Under the pieces are notes generated by a model. The model saw only the letters and a program-made list of their open reading frames with translations. It searched no databases and was not told the origin of the DNA. From the NCBI GenBank assembly GCA_963663235.2, contig CAXXNO010000004.1, positions 864,001 to 928,000 on the forward strand: 64,000 nucleotides of DNA, in the 5' to 3' direction. Source of the stretch: Dehalococcoidia bacterium (GTDB taxonomy: Bacteria; Chloroflexota; Dehalococcoidia; Bin125). Below, piece after piece: positions 9,088-20,900 of this stretch (position 1 is its first letter; each line of letters starts with the position of its first letter). The position numbers and the translations under genes are program-made.

Positions 9088-11309
9088 TTGAGCAGCGAAG
9101 CGATGGCCGTCCTCTTGGTGGAGGACAACGCGCTTGATGCCCGGCGAATCGAAAAGATCCTGGCCGAGGGACCCGGGGGCGGCTTCAGCGTCCACCGCGC
9201 CCCCACCCTGCGCGACGGCATCGAAGCGTTGAAGCGGGGACGGTACGACGTCATCCTGCTGGACCTGGTCCTGCCGGACAGCCACGACCTGCGCACGCTG
9301 CGCCGCATCCAGGCGCACGACGATCGCACGCCCATTGTCGTGCTGAGCAACCGGGAGGACGCGGAGATGGCGGCCACGGCCGTCCAGGAGGGCGCCCAGG
9401 ACTTCCTCATGAAGGCGCACGTGCACCCCCGGAGGTGCTGCGGCGATCCGTCCGCTACGCGGTGGAGCGGCAGGCGCTTCGCGACAGGCTGCGCCGCTCC
9501 GAGCGGCAGTTTCGTCGCTCGCTGGAACTGGCGCCGGACCCGATCTGGATCCTGGACGGCGCCGGCCGGGTGCGGTACGTCAACGACCAACTCGCCCGCG
9601 TGCTGGACTTTCCCGCCGCCGACATCCTGGGCCGCCCCTGGGCCGAATTTCTGACCCAGGCGGAGGCGGAGCGCTTCGAACGGCTGAGCGCCGAGACGCG
9701 CCGCGCGAGCAGCGGGCACGTGATGGTGCGCGTGCGGCGTCGCGACGGGGTGGACGTCCCGCTGGAGCTGCACGCCGTCGATCTGGCCAACGGCGACCTG
9801 CAGATCATCGGACGGGACATGACCGCCTGGCTGTTGACCCAGGAGGCGCTGCGGGCCAGCCAGCAACGCCTGTCGCGCATCCTCGAGTCGGCGATGGATG
9901 CCATCATCACCATCGACGAGGAACGACACATCGTCCTGTTCAACGACGCCGCGGCGCGGACGTTCCGCTGCACCGAGACTGAGGCGCTGGGTCAGTCCAT
10001 CGACCGCTTCCTGCCGGAGGCAGCGCGGGACGAATTTCGCGCGCTGCTGGGCGCCGACGCTGGGCGCGCCACGCTGGCAGCCCAGCGGTCGGACGGCGAG
10101 CTGTTTCCGATTGAGGCGACCGTCTCCCGAGCAGAGGTCGGCGGCAAGCAGCTCTTCACTGCCATCATCCGTGACCTGAGTGAGCGGGTGCGGGCCAACG
10201 AGGCGCTCCGGGAGTCGGAGCAGTTCGCTCAGTCAACGCTGGACGCCCTGGCCGATTCGATCGCGATCCTGGACGAGGACGGGGCCGTGATCGCCGTGAA
10301 CGCTGACTGGCGCCAGGGCCGTGCGGCGCTGCCGCTCCGCGAAGCGGAGTCCGGCGGGGGCGCCAGCTTGCTGGCGGCCTGCGAGACGGCTACCGGCGAC
10401 AACGCGCCGTATCTGCACGGGATCGCGCGCGGGATCCGCGACGTGCGGGAGCGCGCCGAGAATCGCGTGGCGGTGGAGTATCCCTGGCGGCAGGCGGAGC
10501 ACGTGGAGTGGTACAAGACGGTCATCACCCGCTTTCACGCCGCCGGGCCGGCGCGGGTGGTGCTGGCCACACACGGGATCGGCGAGCGTAAGCGGGCGGA
10601 GGAGGCGTTGCGTCGTTCGGAGGAGCGCTACCGGCTGCTCCTGGACGGGGCGCCGGACGCCATCTGGCTGGTGGACCACAGCCTGCGCTACCTGTACGTG
10701 AACGACGCCGCCTGCGAGCTGCTGCGCCGGTCGCGGGAGGATCTGCTCGGCCGCCATTTGGCGGAGATGCGCCCTCCGGATGAACTGACGAATCTGAACG
10801 ACGGGTTCCGGCGCGTCCGCGAGCAGGGCACGGCGGACGTGCGCACGCGGTTGCAGCGCGGCGACGGCTCCCTGGTGAGCGTGGAGATCCACGCGGTGGA
10901 CTTGGGCAACGGCCAGTACGAATCCGTGGTACGCGACATCACTCCCTGGATGGACGACGAAAGCGCGCGCCAGGCGTCGCAGGAGCGGTACCTGCAGGCG
11001 CTGGACCGCGCCACGGAGGGGATCTGGTTCCTGGACCGCCGTGGCATCTGCACGTACATCAACGACTCCGCCTGCTCCATTCTCCTGCGCGAGCGGGAAC
11101 AGGTGGTGGGGCATCCACTGGCCGAGTTCGCTCCGGAGGAGGAGTTGCCCGCCATTCGTGCGGCGCTGCAGCGGGTCCACGAAGAGGGCGAAGCGATATG
11201 CCAGATGCGCCTGCGGCGGGGGGACGGCTCAACGGTGACCGTGGAGGTCGAGGGCGTGGCGCTGGAGAACGGCAGCTGCCAAGCATTTGTCCGCGGCGCG
11301 GCGGCTTAA
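9088..11309 (+). pseudogene. Response-regulator receiver + five PAS domains, frameshifted near 9425-9435 (pseudogene or sequencing error)
   Basis: REC domain (VLLVED...LLDLVLPDS...GAQDFLMK) in ORF 8908-9654 continues as helix 5 'VLRRSVRYAVER' plus five PAS/PAC repeats in ORF 9435-11309. The frames differ at a C5 run (9426-9430). Confidence 0.8.
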
Positions 11310-13600
11310 GGCGTCGAGGCCGGCGCCGAGGCGCGGAGCCGCCCCGCCGCCTCCACCATGGCGGTGAGGCTGGGCCGAACCTCCCGCCAGGCGCGGGTCT
11401 TGAGCCCGCAGTCCGGATTGACCCAGAGTTGGTCGCGCGAGATGAGGTCCAAGGCCCTGCGCAAGAGCGCCTCGATCTCGTCCGCGGTGGGCACGCGCGG
11501 CGAGTGGATGTCGAAAACGCCGGGCCCGATCTCGTTCGGGTAGCGGAAGCGGCCGAAGGCGTCCAGTAGGTCCATCTGCGATCGAGACGCCTCAATCAAG
11601 ATGACATCGGCGTCCATGCGCGCAATCGCCGGCATGATGTCGTTGAACTCCGCGTAGCACATGTGCGTCTGGACCTGCGTCTCGTCGCGCACGCCGGCTG
11701 AGGCGAGCCGAAACGCGTCCACCGCCCAGGCGAGGTAAGCATCCCAATCTTCGCGGTGGAGCGGCAGGCCCTCGCGCAGAGCGGGCTCGTCGATCTGAAT
11801 GACGCGGATTCCGGCGGCCTCCAGGTCCCCTACCTCATCGCGGATGGCCAAGGCGAGTTGGCGCGCGGTCTCGGCGCGGGGCTGATCATCGCGCACGAAG
11901 GACCACTCGAGGATGGTGAGGGGCCCTGTGAGCATGCCCTTCATCGGCCGCTGGGTGAGGGACTGGGCGTATTCGGCCCAGCGAACGGTCATGGGCTCCG
12001 GGCGGGACACGTCGCCGTAGATGATCGGCGGGCGGGCGCATCGGGAGCCGTAGCTCTGCACCCAGCCCTGCTGCGTCACCGCCACCCCGGCGAAGCGCTC
12101 GCCGAAGTATTCGACCATATCCGTGCGCTCGGGCTCGCCGTGGACGAGGACGTCCAAGCCGATCTCCTCTTGGAACCGGACGACCCGCTCGATCTCGGCC
12201 TCGAGGAAGGCATCGTATTCGGCGGCGTCGATGCGGCCGGCCTTGAAGCCAGCGCGGGCGCGGCGCACGTCGTCGGTCTGGGGGAAGGAACCGATCGTGG
12301 TCGTCGGCAAGGAGGGGAAGCGTAGCCGCTCCTGCTGGAGCTGCTTCCGTTTCGCGAAGGGGCTAATGCGGCGCAGCATCGATGCGCTGATCGCCGCCGT
12401 GCGCTCCGCCACGGCGGGGTCGTGGATGCGGGTGGAGGAGCGCCGCCGCGCCTGCTCGTCGCGCCGCGCTTGCAACGTCGAGGCGACCGCGTCGTCGCCC
12501 TCGTTCAAGGCGCGGGCCAGCAGCGCCACTTCCTCGACCTTCTGCTGGGCGAAGGCGAGCCAGGGGTGCAGTTCGGGGTCCAGCGCCGTTTCCTGATCGA
12601 GGTCGACGGGTACGTGCAAGAGCGAACAGGACGGCGCGACGACGACGCGCTCACTGCCCAGCGCATCGACGGCGGTCCGCAGCGTGGCGAGGGCGCGATC
12701 GAGGTCCGTCCGCCAGACGTTGCGGCCATCCACGACGCCCGCGGAGAGCACGAGGCTGTCGGGCAGGGCCGGCAAGGCACGCTCCAGCATCTGGGGGGCG
12801 CGGACCAGGTCCAGATGCAGGCCGGCGACGGGCAGCGCCAGGGCCGTGCTCAGATTCTCGCGAAGGTCGCCGAAGTAGGTGGTGAGGAGAAGCCGCAGCG
12901 CGGGGGCGGCGGCGTTCAGGCGGTGGTAGGCGGTGGACAGGGCGCGCCGCTGGTCCGTGCTTAGGTCGAGGACCAAGCAGGGCTCGTCGACCTGGATCCA
13001 GTCGGCGCCAGCCGCCTCCAGCCGCCCCAGCAACGCCTCATAGGCGGGCAGGAGCGCCTCGAGAAGATCGAGGGGCCGCAGGCCGTCGTGCCGCGCCTTG
13101 CCGAGCAGGAGGAAGGAGACGGGGCCCAGCAGTTTGGGGCGGGTCCGGATCCCTTCCGTCTGCGCCTCAAGGAACTCATCCAGCGGCTTGGTGGAGGCCA
13201 GCCGGAAGCGCTGGTCAAGCTCAAACTCCGGGACGATGTAGTGGTAGTTGGTATCGAACCACTTGGTCATCTCCATGGCCGGGACATCCCGAGCGCCGCG
13301 CGCCATGGCGAAGTACGTGTCCAGGCCGATTTGATCGCCGTCCCCGAGGAAGCGCGAGGGCACCGCCCCGACCATGACCGCCGTATCCAAGACGTGGTCA
13401 TAGAGCGAGAAGTCGTTGGAGGGGACGTGCTGCAATCCGCGATCTTGCTGCAGGCGCCAGGCATCGCGGCGCAGCGCGCGCGAGGCCTCCTCCAACTCCG
13501 CCTCACTGCTCTGCCCGGCCCAGAAGCGCTCCAGGGCCTTCTTCAACTCGCGCTTGGGCCCAATACGCGGATAGCCCAGGCTGCCGGCAACGACCGTCAT
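11306..13600 (-). CDS. metE: Cobalamin-independent methionine synthase
   Basis: LGYPRIG, MTKWFDTNYHY, TTTIGSFPQT, HMCY and WVNPDCGLKTR; ATG 13600 with GGAGAG RBS. Confidence 0.97.
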   Translation of the reverse strand: MTVVAGSLGYPRIGPKRELKKALERFWAGQSSEAELEEASRALRRDAWRLQQDRGLQHVPSNDFSLYDHVLDTAVMVGAVPSRFLGDGDQIGLDTYFAMARGARDVPAMEMTKWFDTNYHYIVPEFELDQRFRLASTKPLDEFLEAQTEGIRTRPKLLGPVSFLLLGKARHDGLRPLDLLEALLPAYEALLGRLEAAGADWIQVDEPCLVLDLSTDQRRALSTAYHRLNAAAPALRLLLTTYFGDLRENLSTALALPVAGLHLDLVRAPQMLERALPALPDSLVLSAGVVDGRNVWRTDLDRALATLRTAVDALGSERVVVAPSCSLLHVPVDLDQETALDPELHPWLAFAQQKVEEVALLARALNEGDDAVASTLQARRDEQARRRSSTRIHDPAVAERTAAISASMLRRISPFAKRKQLQQERLRFPSLPTTTIGSFPQTDDVRRARAGFKAGRIDAAEYDAFLEAEIERVVRFQEEIGLDVLVHGEPERTDMVEYFGERFAGVAVTQQGWVQSYGSRCARPPIIYGDVSRPEPMTVRWAEYAQSLTQRPMKGMLTGPLTILEWSFVRDDQPRAETARQLALAIRDEVGDLEAAGIRVIQIDEPALREGLPLHREDWDAYLAWAVDAFRLASAGVRDETQVQTHMCYAEFNDIMPAIARMDADVILIEASRSQMDLLDAFGRFRYPNEIGPGVFDIHSPRVPTADEIEALLRRALDLISRDQLWVNPDCGLKTRAWREVRPSLTAMVEAAGRLRASAPASTP

Positions 13601-13757
13601 CTCTCCACTCACCCAGTTTGCCGCCACACCGGGGTGGCGGGGAAGCGGGCCAACCGGCTCCGCGCTAAGGGAACTCCCCAATGGACAGGCGCACCGCACT
13701 CTCGCTGCCCGGCGGTGGCTCCGGAGGCCAAACTCACAGCGGCCCTCAAGCGCGGCG

Positions 13758-14975
13758 CTAGCGGCCGGCAGCCGTGGCCGCGTTGACGGCCGCGGCCCAG
13801 CGATCGGCAAGGTCGGGGGCCTGCACCGTCTCCAGGATGTAATCGCCGAAGTCCCGAGAGGTGGCGCCGGTGTCGCGGCCGGTCATGACGAGCTTGGCTT
13901 CGTACTGGCCGCAGAGGTCCAGCGCCTTGCCGAGCCGCTCGCCCAGTTCCGGGTAGCCGATGTGCGAGAGCATCATGGCGCCGGCCCGCACCATGGAGGA
14001 CGGGTCCGCGTACTGCGCGCGGCCCTCGCGCACCATGCGGGGCGCGGAGCCGTGGATCGCCTCGAACATCGCGTAGCGCTTGCCGATGTTGGCGCTGCCG
14101 GCGGTGCCGACGCCGCCCTGAAACTCGGCGGCTTCATCGGTGAGGATGTCGCCGTACAAGTTGGGGAGCACCATCACCTGGAAGTCGCGCCGGCGTTTGG
14201 GGTCAATGAGCTTTGCCGTCATGATGTCAATGTACCAGCCGTCCCAGTCGATCCTGGGGTAGTCCTCCGCGACCTCGCGCGCCATATCCAGGAACGTCCC
14301 GTCGGTGGTCTTGACCACGTTCGCCTTGGTCACAACCGTGACGCGGTTCTTGCCGTTGGCCTTGGCGAAATCGAAGGCGGCGCGGATGATCCGCTCGCTG
14401 CCCGGCCGCGAGATCACCTTGAAGTCCACGGCGAGGTCACCGATGGTCACGCCCTCACTGCCGACGGCGTACAGGTCCTCGGTGTTCTCGCGGTAGAAGG
14501 TCCAGTCGATCCCTTCGGCGGGGACGCGGACGGGCCGCACGTTGGCGAAGAGGTCCAACTCTTTGCGCATGGCCACGTTGGCGCTCTCGAGGTTGGGCCA
14601 CTCATCGCCTTGTTCGGGGGTGGTCGTGGGACCCTTGAGGGTCACGTGGCACTCGCGGATCTCGGCCAGCACAGCGTCGGGAATGGCCTTCATCACCCGG
14701 GCGCGATTCTCGATGGTGAGCCCTTCGATCGTGCGGAAGCGCACCTTGCCGGACCGGACTTCCGCATCGAGCAAGTGCTCGAGGATGCGCTGCGCCTCGG
14801 CGGAGATGGCCGGACCGATGCCGTCGCCGCCCAGGACACCGATGACGATCTGCGGGAGGGCCTGGTAGTCGACCCAGTCCTTCTCCTTCGTGATCCGATC
14901 GACCCTGGCCAGCTGCGTCTCGATCAGCCGGCCGAAATGCTCCTTCGCCTCGTCGACAGACTGTGCCTTCAGCAC
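13758..14975 (-). CDS. Isocitrate/isopropylmalate dehydrogenase family protein (probable isocitrate dehydrogenase)
   Basis: GDGIGP, LKGPTTTP, SANVAMRKELDLFANVRP, NLYGDILTD and FEAIHGSAP; distinct from the leuB at 60.8 kb. Confidence 0.85.
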   Translation of the reverse strand: MLKAQSVDEAKEHFGRLIETQLARVDRITKEKDWVDYQALPQIVIGVLGGDGIGPAISAEAQRILEHLLDAEVRSGKVRFRTIEGLTIENRARVMKAIPDAVLAEIRECHVTLKGPTTTPEQGDEWPNLESANVAMRKELDLFANVRPVRVPAEGIDWTFYRENTEDLYAVGSEGVTIGDLAVDFKVISRPGSERIIRAAFDFAKANGKNRVTVVTKANVVKTTDGTFLDMAREVAEDYPRIDWDGWYIDIMTAKLIDPKRRRDFQVMVLPNLYGDILTDEAAEFQGGVGTAGSANIGKRYAMFEAIHGSAPRMVREGRAQYADPSSMVRAGAMMLSHIGYPELGERLGKALDLCGQYEAKLVMTGRDTGATSRDFGDYILETVQAPDLADRWAAAVNAATAAGR

Positions 14976-15093
14976 GGCGTCCCTCCAAGCGGCTGCAACG
15001 TGCCGCGATGTAGCGGCTCTCTGCGCGCGACAGCCCGCCGAGTGTCGCCCGTTCCGCCGCTGTGGCGCAAGCGAAGCCGCAGCATCGTCCGGG

Positions 15094-17049
15094 TCAATCC
15101 GTCAGGCCGAGGTGGTGGAGGAAAGCATCCGGGGTGGGCTCCCGACCGAGGAAGTCGCGCACCAGGGCGTCGCCGTCCCGGGAGCCGCCGGGCTCCAGGA
15201 TCAGGCGCCGGTAGGCGAGGCCGACGTCGTGGTCGTCCAGGCCGGCGCGCTGGAAGCGGGTGAACATGTCATCGCCGTAGACGCGGGACCAGAGGTAGCC
15301 ATAGTAGCCCGCGTCGTAGCCGAAGAGATGGCCGAAGCCGGCCTGGAAGTGTGTGTCCTCCGGGAAGGGCAGCGCGGTGATGGGGTGCAAGTCGCGGGCG
15401 ATGCCGTCCGTGTCCTTGCGTGCGCCGGGGCCGTGGTAGGCGAGATCGAGGCGGGCGAAATAGATCTGGCGCAGCGTGGCGAGGCCGCTGCTCACGTTGC
15501 GGGCCGCGACCATGCGCTGGACCAAGTCGGCCGGCAGCGGGTCCCCGCTCCGGTAGTGGCGCGAGAAGGAGGCCAGCACCGTGGGCGACCAGCACCAGTG
15601 CTCCAGCATCTGGGAAGGGGCCTCGACGAAGTCCCGTTCCACCTGCGTCCCGGCGAAGCGGAGATAGCGCGACTGGGTCAACGTCTGGTGAAGGATGTGG
15701 CCGAACTCATGGAAGAGGGTCAGCACCTCCGAATGGCGCAAGAGCGAGGGCGAATCGGGGCCCGGCTTGGTGAAGTTGGCGACGATCGCGCTGACCGGGC
15801 GCTGGTAGGAGCCGTCGGGGAGGCGGCGCCCGCCGCGGAGGGTGAAGGCCGCTGCGTGGCCGTACTTGTTCGGGCGGGGGTAGAGGTCCGCGTAGAAGTG
15901 GGCGACGAGGCGGCCGTTGGCGGCGTCCACGATGTCGAAGAGGCGCACGTCCGGGTCCCAGGCGTTCGCCTGCGCCCGCGGCAGGAAGCGCACCCCCACC
16001 AACGTCTGGTAAACGGAAAAAAGGCCATCCAGCACCGCTTCCAAGGGGAAATGCTCCGCGACCTGGAAGGGATCGACGTGGTAGCGCTCGCGGAGGACAC
16101 GCTGGGTGTCGTAGCGCCAGTCCCAGGCGGCGACGGTCGCGGCGGCGCCGGTGTCGCGCAGCAGTTGTAGATCCTGGTCGGCCTTGATGTGGACGCGCGG
16201 CTCAAGGTCCGTGAGGAACTTGAGCGCGGCCTGCGAGGTCTTGGCCACGCGGATCTCTAGGACGTAGTCGGCCCAGGAGGGATAGCCGAGAGTGGTGGCG
16301 ATCTCGTCGCGGGCGGCGATGGCTTCGTCGAGGAGGGGGAGATTCGGCTCCGCGGCCCGGTTGCGGTTCTTGCGGAAGAGCGCCTCCCGGAGATCACGAT
16401 CGTCGGCGGAGTCGAGGAAGGGATGGAGTTCGGGATAGTCCAGCGAGACGCGGTAGCGGTGGCCGTCCGGCCCCTCTTCGGTGCGGAGCCGCTGGATGTA
16501 CGCCTCCGGCAGGCCGGCCAGTTGCTCCCGCGTCAGGAGCAAGGCGTCGTCAACATCATCGATGTTGTGGCGGAACTCGATGCCGAGGGTGACCAAGCGC
16601 TCCTGCAGCGTCTGGATGCGAGCGCGTCGCTCCGCCGGCAAGTGCATCCCGCTGCGGCGAAAGTCGCGGAGTGACCGCTCAAGCAGGCGAGCCGCATCGC
16701 CAGAGAGCGACTGCCCCTCCAGTGTGCCGGCGAAATCCCGCAGGGTGCGATCAATCTCCTCGCGGAAACCGAGCGCGGCCGCGTAGCGATCCAGCCGCTC
16801 CTCGTTGGCCAGCGCCGCGCGCCGGACCTCGGGATCGGGGGTGACGTGAGCCAGGAAGCCGTAGCGCCCGCCCGCCTGGCCGAGCAGATCGCCGATCTCC
16901 TCCAGCGGCATCAGGGTGTTGGCGAAGCTGCGGCTGCCGGCCGCGGCCAGCGCGTCGATCAGAGCGTCGCAGCGGCGCAGCGTCTCGTCGCAGGCGGCGC
17001 CGACCGTGTCCGCGGTGACGGAGCGGTAATCGAAGAGATCGCCGGTCAT
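15094..17049 (-). CDS. M3 family metallopeptidase (thimet oligopeptidase-like)
   Basis: FYADLYPRPNK, TLFHEFGH, DFVEAPSQMLE and GYYGYLWS. Confidence 0.93.
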   Translation of the reverse strand: MTGDLFDYRSVTADTVGAACDETLRRCDALIDALAAAGSRSFANTLMPLEEIGDLLGQAGGRYGFLAHVTPDPEVRRAALANEERLDRYAAALGFREEIDRTLRDFAGTLEGQSLSGDAARLLERSLRDFRRSGMHLPAERRARIQTLQERLVTLGIEFRHNIDDVDDALLLTREQLAGLPEAYIQRLRTEEGPDGHRYRVSLDYPELHPFLDSADDRDLREALFRKNRNRAAEPNLPLLDEAIAARDEIATTLGYPSWADYVLEIRVAKTSQAALKFLTDLEPRVHIKADQDLQLLRDTGAAATVAAWDWRYDTQRVLRERYHVDPFQVAEHFPLEAVLDGLFSVYQTLVGVRFLPRAQANAWDPDVRLFDIVDAANGRLVAHFYADLYPRPNKYGHAAAFTLRGGRRLPDGSYQRPVSAIVANFTKPGPDSPSLLRHSEVLTLFHEFGHILHQTLTQSRYLRFAGTQVERDFVEAPSQMLEHWCWSPTVLASFSRHYRSGDPLPADLVQRMVAARNVSSGLATLRQIYFARLDLAYHGPGARKDTDGIARDLHPITALPFPEDTHFQAGFGHLFGYDAGYYGYLWSRVYGDDMFTRFQRAGLDDHDVGLAYRRLILEPGGSRDGDALVRDFLGREPTPDAFLHHLGLTD

Positions 17050-17064
17050 GCCGTGAGCCAGGCC

Positions 17065-17859
17065 TTAGCGAAGATCGTAGGCTTCCCAGGAGTCGGCGCC
17101 CTCGTCATAGCGCGCCTGAATCTTCTTGATGATCTCGATGGTGGGCGCACGCATGGTGGAGTTGAAGATGTAGTTCTCAATGCGGAGCGCGTCCTCGAAA
17201 TGCATGTCCCAGGCCTGCAAGAGGCTGCGTTTGCAGGCCCGCAAGGCCCACTGCGGCCGGGTGGCGATCCGGGCCGCCCAGGCGATGGCTTCCTCGCGCA
17301 GGCGGTCATCGTCCACCACTTTGTTGACCAAGCCGAGTTCCCCTGCGGCGCCGGCGGTGATCGGATCACCGGTCAGCACGATCTCCATCGCCTTGGACTG
17401 CCCCACGAGTCGCGCCAGGCGCACCGTCGCGCCAGCACCCGGGATGATGCCGAGGATGCTCTCGACTTGCGCGTAGGTGGCGGAGCGGCCGGCGATCCGC
17501 AGGTTGCAGGCCCAAGAGATCTCGGCGCCCCCACCCCACGCCTGCCCGTGGTTGACGGCGATGGTGACCAGAGGTCCGCGTTCCAATTCGTTGGTCAAAC
17601 GGCGCCACGAGAGCGGGTCGCCGCTGGGCTTGCCGCCGCCGTAGGCGGCCAGGATGTCCGAGAGATCGGCGTGGGCCATGAAGTAGCCCGGCACGTCCGA
17701 GGCGAGCAGTGCCACGGAGCAGCGCGCCTGCTTCACCTCCTCCAGCGCCTGCTCGACCTTGTCCAGGAGCTCGTAAGAGCCAAAGTTTTTGGGTGGGTCG
17801 TCCAGCAGGATCATGCCGACGCCGTCGGCGGGATATGACACAGGTGCAGTGGCGGCCAT
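17065..17859 (-). CDS. Enoyl-CoA hydratase/isomerase family protein
   Basis: FMAHADL, AWGGGAE...CNLR, E..LGIIPGAG and GLVNKVV. Confidence 0.9.
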   Translation of the reverse strand: MAATAPVSYPADGVGMILLDDPPKNFGSYELLDKVEQALEEVKQARCSVALLASDVPGYFMAHADLSDILAAYGGGKPSGDPLSWRRLTNELERGPLVTIAVNHGQAWGGGAEISWACNLRIAGRSATYAQVESILGIIPGAGATVRLARLVGQSKAMEIVLTGDPITAGAAGELGLVNKVVDDDRLREEAIAWAARIATRPQWALRACKRSLLQAWDMHFEDALRIENYIFNSTMRAPTIEIIKKIQARYDEGADSWEAYDLR

Positions 17860-17944
17860 GGTGCAACCCCTTTCACCGAGCGCGCCCGATGCTACCAGCG
17901 GATTCGCAGGCCAGCAATCGAATCGACGATGAGGCGGCGCGCCG

Positions 17945-20900
17945 TCAGCGCCAGTCGGGGAGGGGGATCGTCGCGACGCCGGGTGAGACCTCATTGAAGA
18001 GATCGACGATCCTGGGGTGGCAGGTGAACACGATGACTTGATTGGAGCGGGAAAGCTGCCGCAGTGCCTCCGCGGCACGGGTGGCGCGCTCCGGGTCGAA
18101 GTTGACCAAGATGTCATCGACGATCACCGGCAGGCGGGCGGATCGATCGGCGAACTCCTCGATGAGGCCGAAGCGCAGCGCGAGGTAGAGTTGCTCTTGC
18201 GTGCCGCGGCTGAGGGCGTCCGTCGGCTTGCGTTCGCCGTCCCGTTGCATGACTTCGATCTCATGTTCCTCGATCGGCGCTTTGAGTTGCGGGTAGCGCC
18301 CGTTGGTGATGTGGGCGAAGTAGTCCTCGGCTCGATGCACGACCGCCGGCTGCCGATCCTCCTCGTAGCGGTGGCGGGCCTGCTCCAGGAGCGCCCCCGC
18401 GAGCGTCAGCGTGACCCACTCCTGCGCCTGCTCCGCGAGTTGTTCCTGGAGGACCACGCGCCGCTCGCGCAACTCGGCCGCGCGGGCGTCCTGCTCCAGG
18501 TTGGCGATCTGAAGCTGGAGCTGCGCCTGTCTCGTGGTTAGGTCGTCATGACGCCGGGCCTGCTCGACGAGGTGCGTCTTGGTGCGCTCTCGCTCCCGCT
18601 CTAGGCGCGCGGCATCGGTCGCGGCGAGTTCGCGGCGGAAGGCGGCGAGCGCCTCGCCGGGGCCACTACGCTGCGTCAAGGCCATCCGAAGTTCGTTGGC
18701 GCGGCGCAATAGCTTCGCCCGATGGGCCTGTTCCGCCGCGATCTTGCGGAACTCGGCGGCGTCTTCCGCGCGTCCCTGCGTGAGGAGCCCTTGTAGCGCG
18801 CGCTCGGCGGCAGCGCAATCGGCGGTGGCGGCGGTGAGGCGGCGACGGGCCTCCGTCACCTGTTGATCCAAGTGCGCCTTGCGCTGTGCCGCGGTGCGGC
18901 TCTCGTCGAACGCGGCGATCAGCGCCTCGACGGCCGGCCCGATTTCCGCCGGAGCGAGCCGTTGCCGCTCTGGGCACCGGCGCTCGATCAGCGAGAGCGC
19001 GGCGGTGGCAAACTCATCGATGTCGTGCTCGATCGCCGCCGCGCGGCGCCGACGGTCGTGCAGCTGGCGCTGGGTCGCGTGCAGCGTGTCCAGGCGACCG
19101 AAGAGGTCCGCCACGCCGTCCGGCCGCATGGTGGCAGGCAACCCTTGCGCCTCCAGCCAGGCCGTCCACGCTGTCTGGGCGTTCTCTTGAGAGCGCGCCG
19201 CGTCGGCCAGGCGATGGTCCGCCTCTTCCTGCCGCCGCCGGAGCGCTGGCAGGCGCCGCGCCGCCGTGCGGACCTCCGCTTCCCGCTGCCGGCGTTCCTC
19301 GAACTGGCGCTGCATGCCCTCCACGATCTCTTCGGCGGCCTCAACGTCACGGATCGACTCCACGGCATCGAGGGCCGCTTCCGCGCCGAGAGTGGCGAGG
19401 CGGGTCTCCTGCTCCTTCACGGCCTCATCGGCGTCGCGCCGGCGCTCTCCCTGCACGGCGAGCGTACGGTCGAATTCGCGCCAGGCAGAAGGATCGGGCG
19501 CGCTCTGAGCCGCCCGGCGCCAGATAAGTCCGCCGGCGGCCGCCAGGAGGACTCCTCCCACGATGCCCAGTGCGAGGGCGACGCCGCCCGCCAGCACGCC
19601 AACGATGACGACCAGCGCCACTGCGGCGGCGAGCGCAGCGGCGGTGATCCATTCGGGCCGCCGCCAAGCCGGCGCGGGCTTCAGCGCAGGCTGTTGAACC
19701 TGCAGCTCGGTGAGGCGCTGCGTCTCCTGCCGGCGCAGGTCCCGGGCCGATGCGACGCGGGTGAGTTGCTCACGCACTGCGGTCAGGACAGCGCGCCGCC
19801 CGCGCAGCGCTTCCGCGTCGAGCAAGGGCGCCGGGATCGCTGCGACGGCCGCGGCGGCGAGGTCACGGGCCTCCTCGGCCTCGCGCAGCGCCTGGAGAGC
19901 GGCCTCCCGGCGGAGCTCGGCCTCTCGCGCGTCGCGCTCGCTGGCGGCGAGCGCCTGCGCCTGTTCACGGAGCTCGGTGCGAACGGGCAACGAGGTATCG
20001 AAGCGATCGGCGCGCTCCGGCTCCCATTCGGGCCCGAGGGCGCGGAGAGCCAGCTGGATCTCCCGCTCTAACGTTTCGGCTTCCGCGCGACGCTCCGGCA
20101 GGTCCTTGAGGGACTGCGCGAAGGCGTCGTGGCTACGCCGCAACGCGTCGACGGCCGCCTCGTCATCGAGGAGCCCTTGGTCGATGTGGAGAGCCGCCAC
20201 CTCGCGCTCCCAGCGGGCGAACTCCGCCTGTTCCTGCTCTTTCCGGGTACCCGCCGCGGCGAGCCGTTGTTCTGCGCTCTCGAGCCGCGTGAGGGGGTCG
20301 CTGGGGAAGTCGGGCCGCTCCGCAATCGCGTGGATCCTCTCTTCCAACTCTCCCAATGCCACCCAGTCCGGCCAGGCTTGATGCAGGCGCTCCAGGCGGG
20401 CCCGCGCTTTCTCCGCCCGGGCCCGGCCACGGTCGGTCTCGACGAGCGCGCTCTGCACCTGCTCCAGTTGGTCGAGGTGCCCGCCGTACTGCGACGCGGC
20501 GTCGGCCAACTCGTCCAGCGCCTCGTCCACCGCTTGGAGATCGGCGATGGTGCGGGCGACGGGCTGCGTTTTTCCCTGTGGGCGATAGACCTCCCGGCGG
20601 GCCGACTCGAAATGGGCCATGACCTGGGGCAGCCCGGCCGATCCCAGGCCGGCGCTGTAGATGCTGTCCGTCACGCCAGCCTGCTGGAGTGAGGTGACGT
20701 TGCGGAGTTGATCCAGGTCGAAGGCGAAGACGTTGTTGAAGAGATCGGGGGAGGCATGCCCCAGGAGCCGGGGCAGGATGGCGGGATCTTCGCGCCCGCC
20801 GTCGGCCGCGGTGACGATGAGGGCGCCCCCCTTGCGGCCCGCGAAGCGCTCGACGACATAGCGCCGGCCGTCGTCGTCCTCCAGCTCGATGCGGCCGCCG

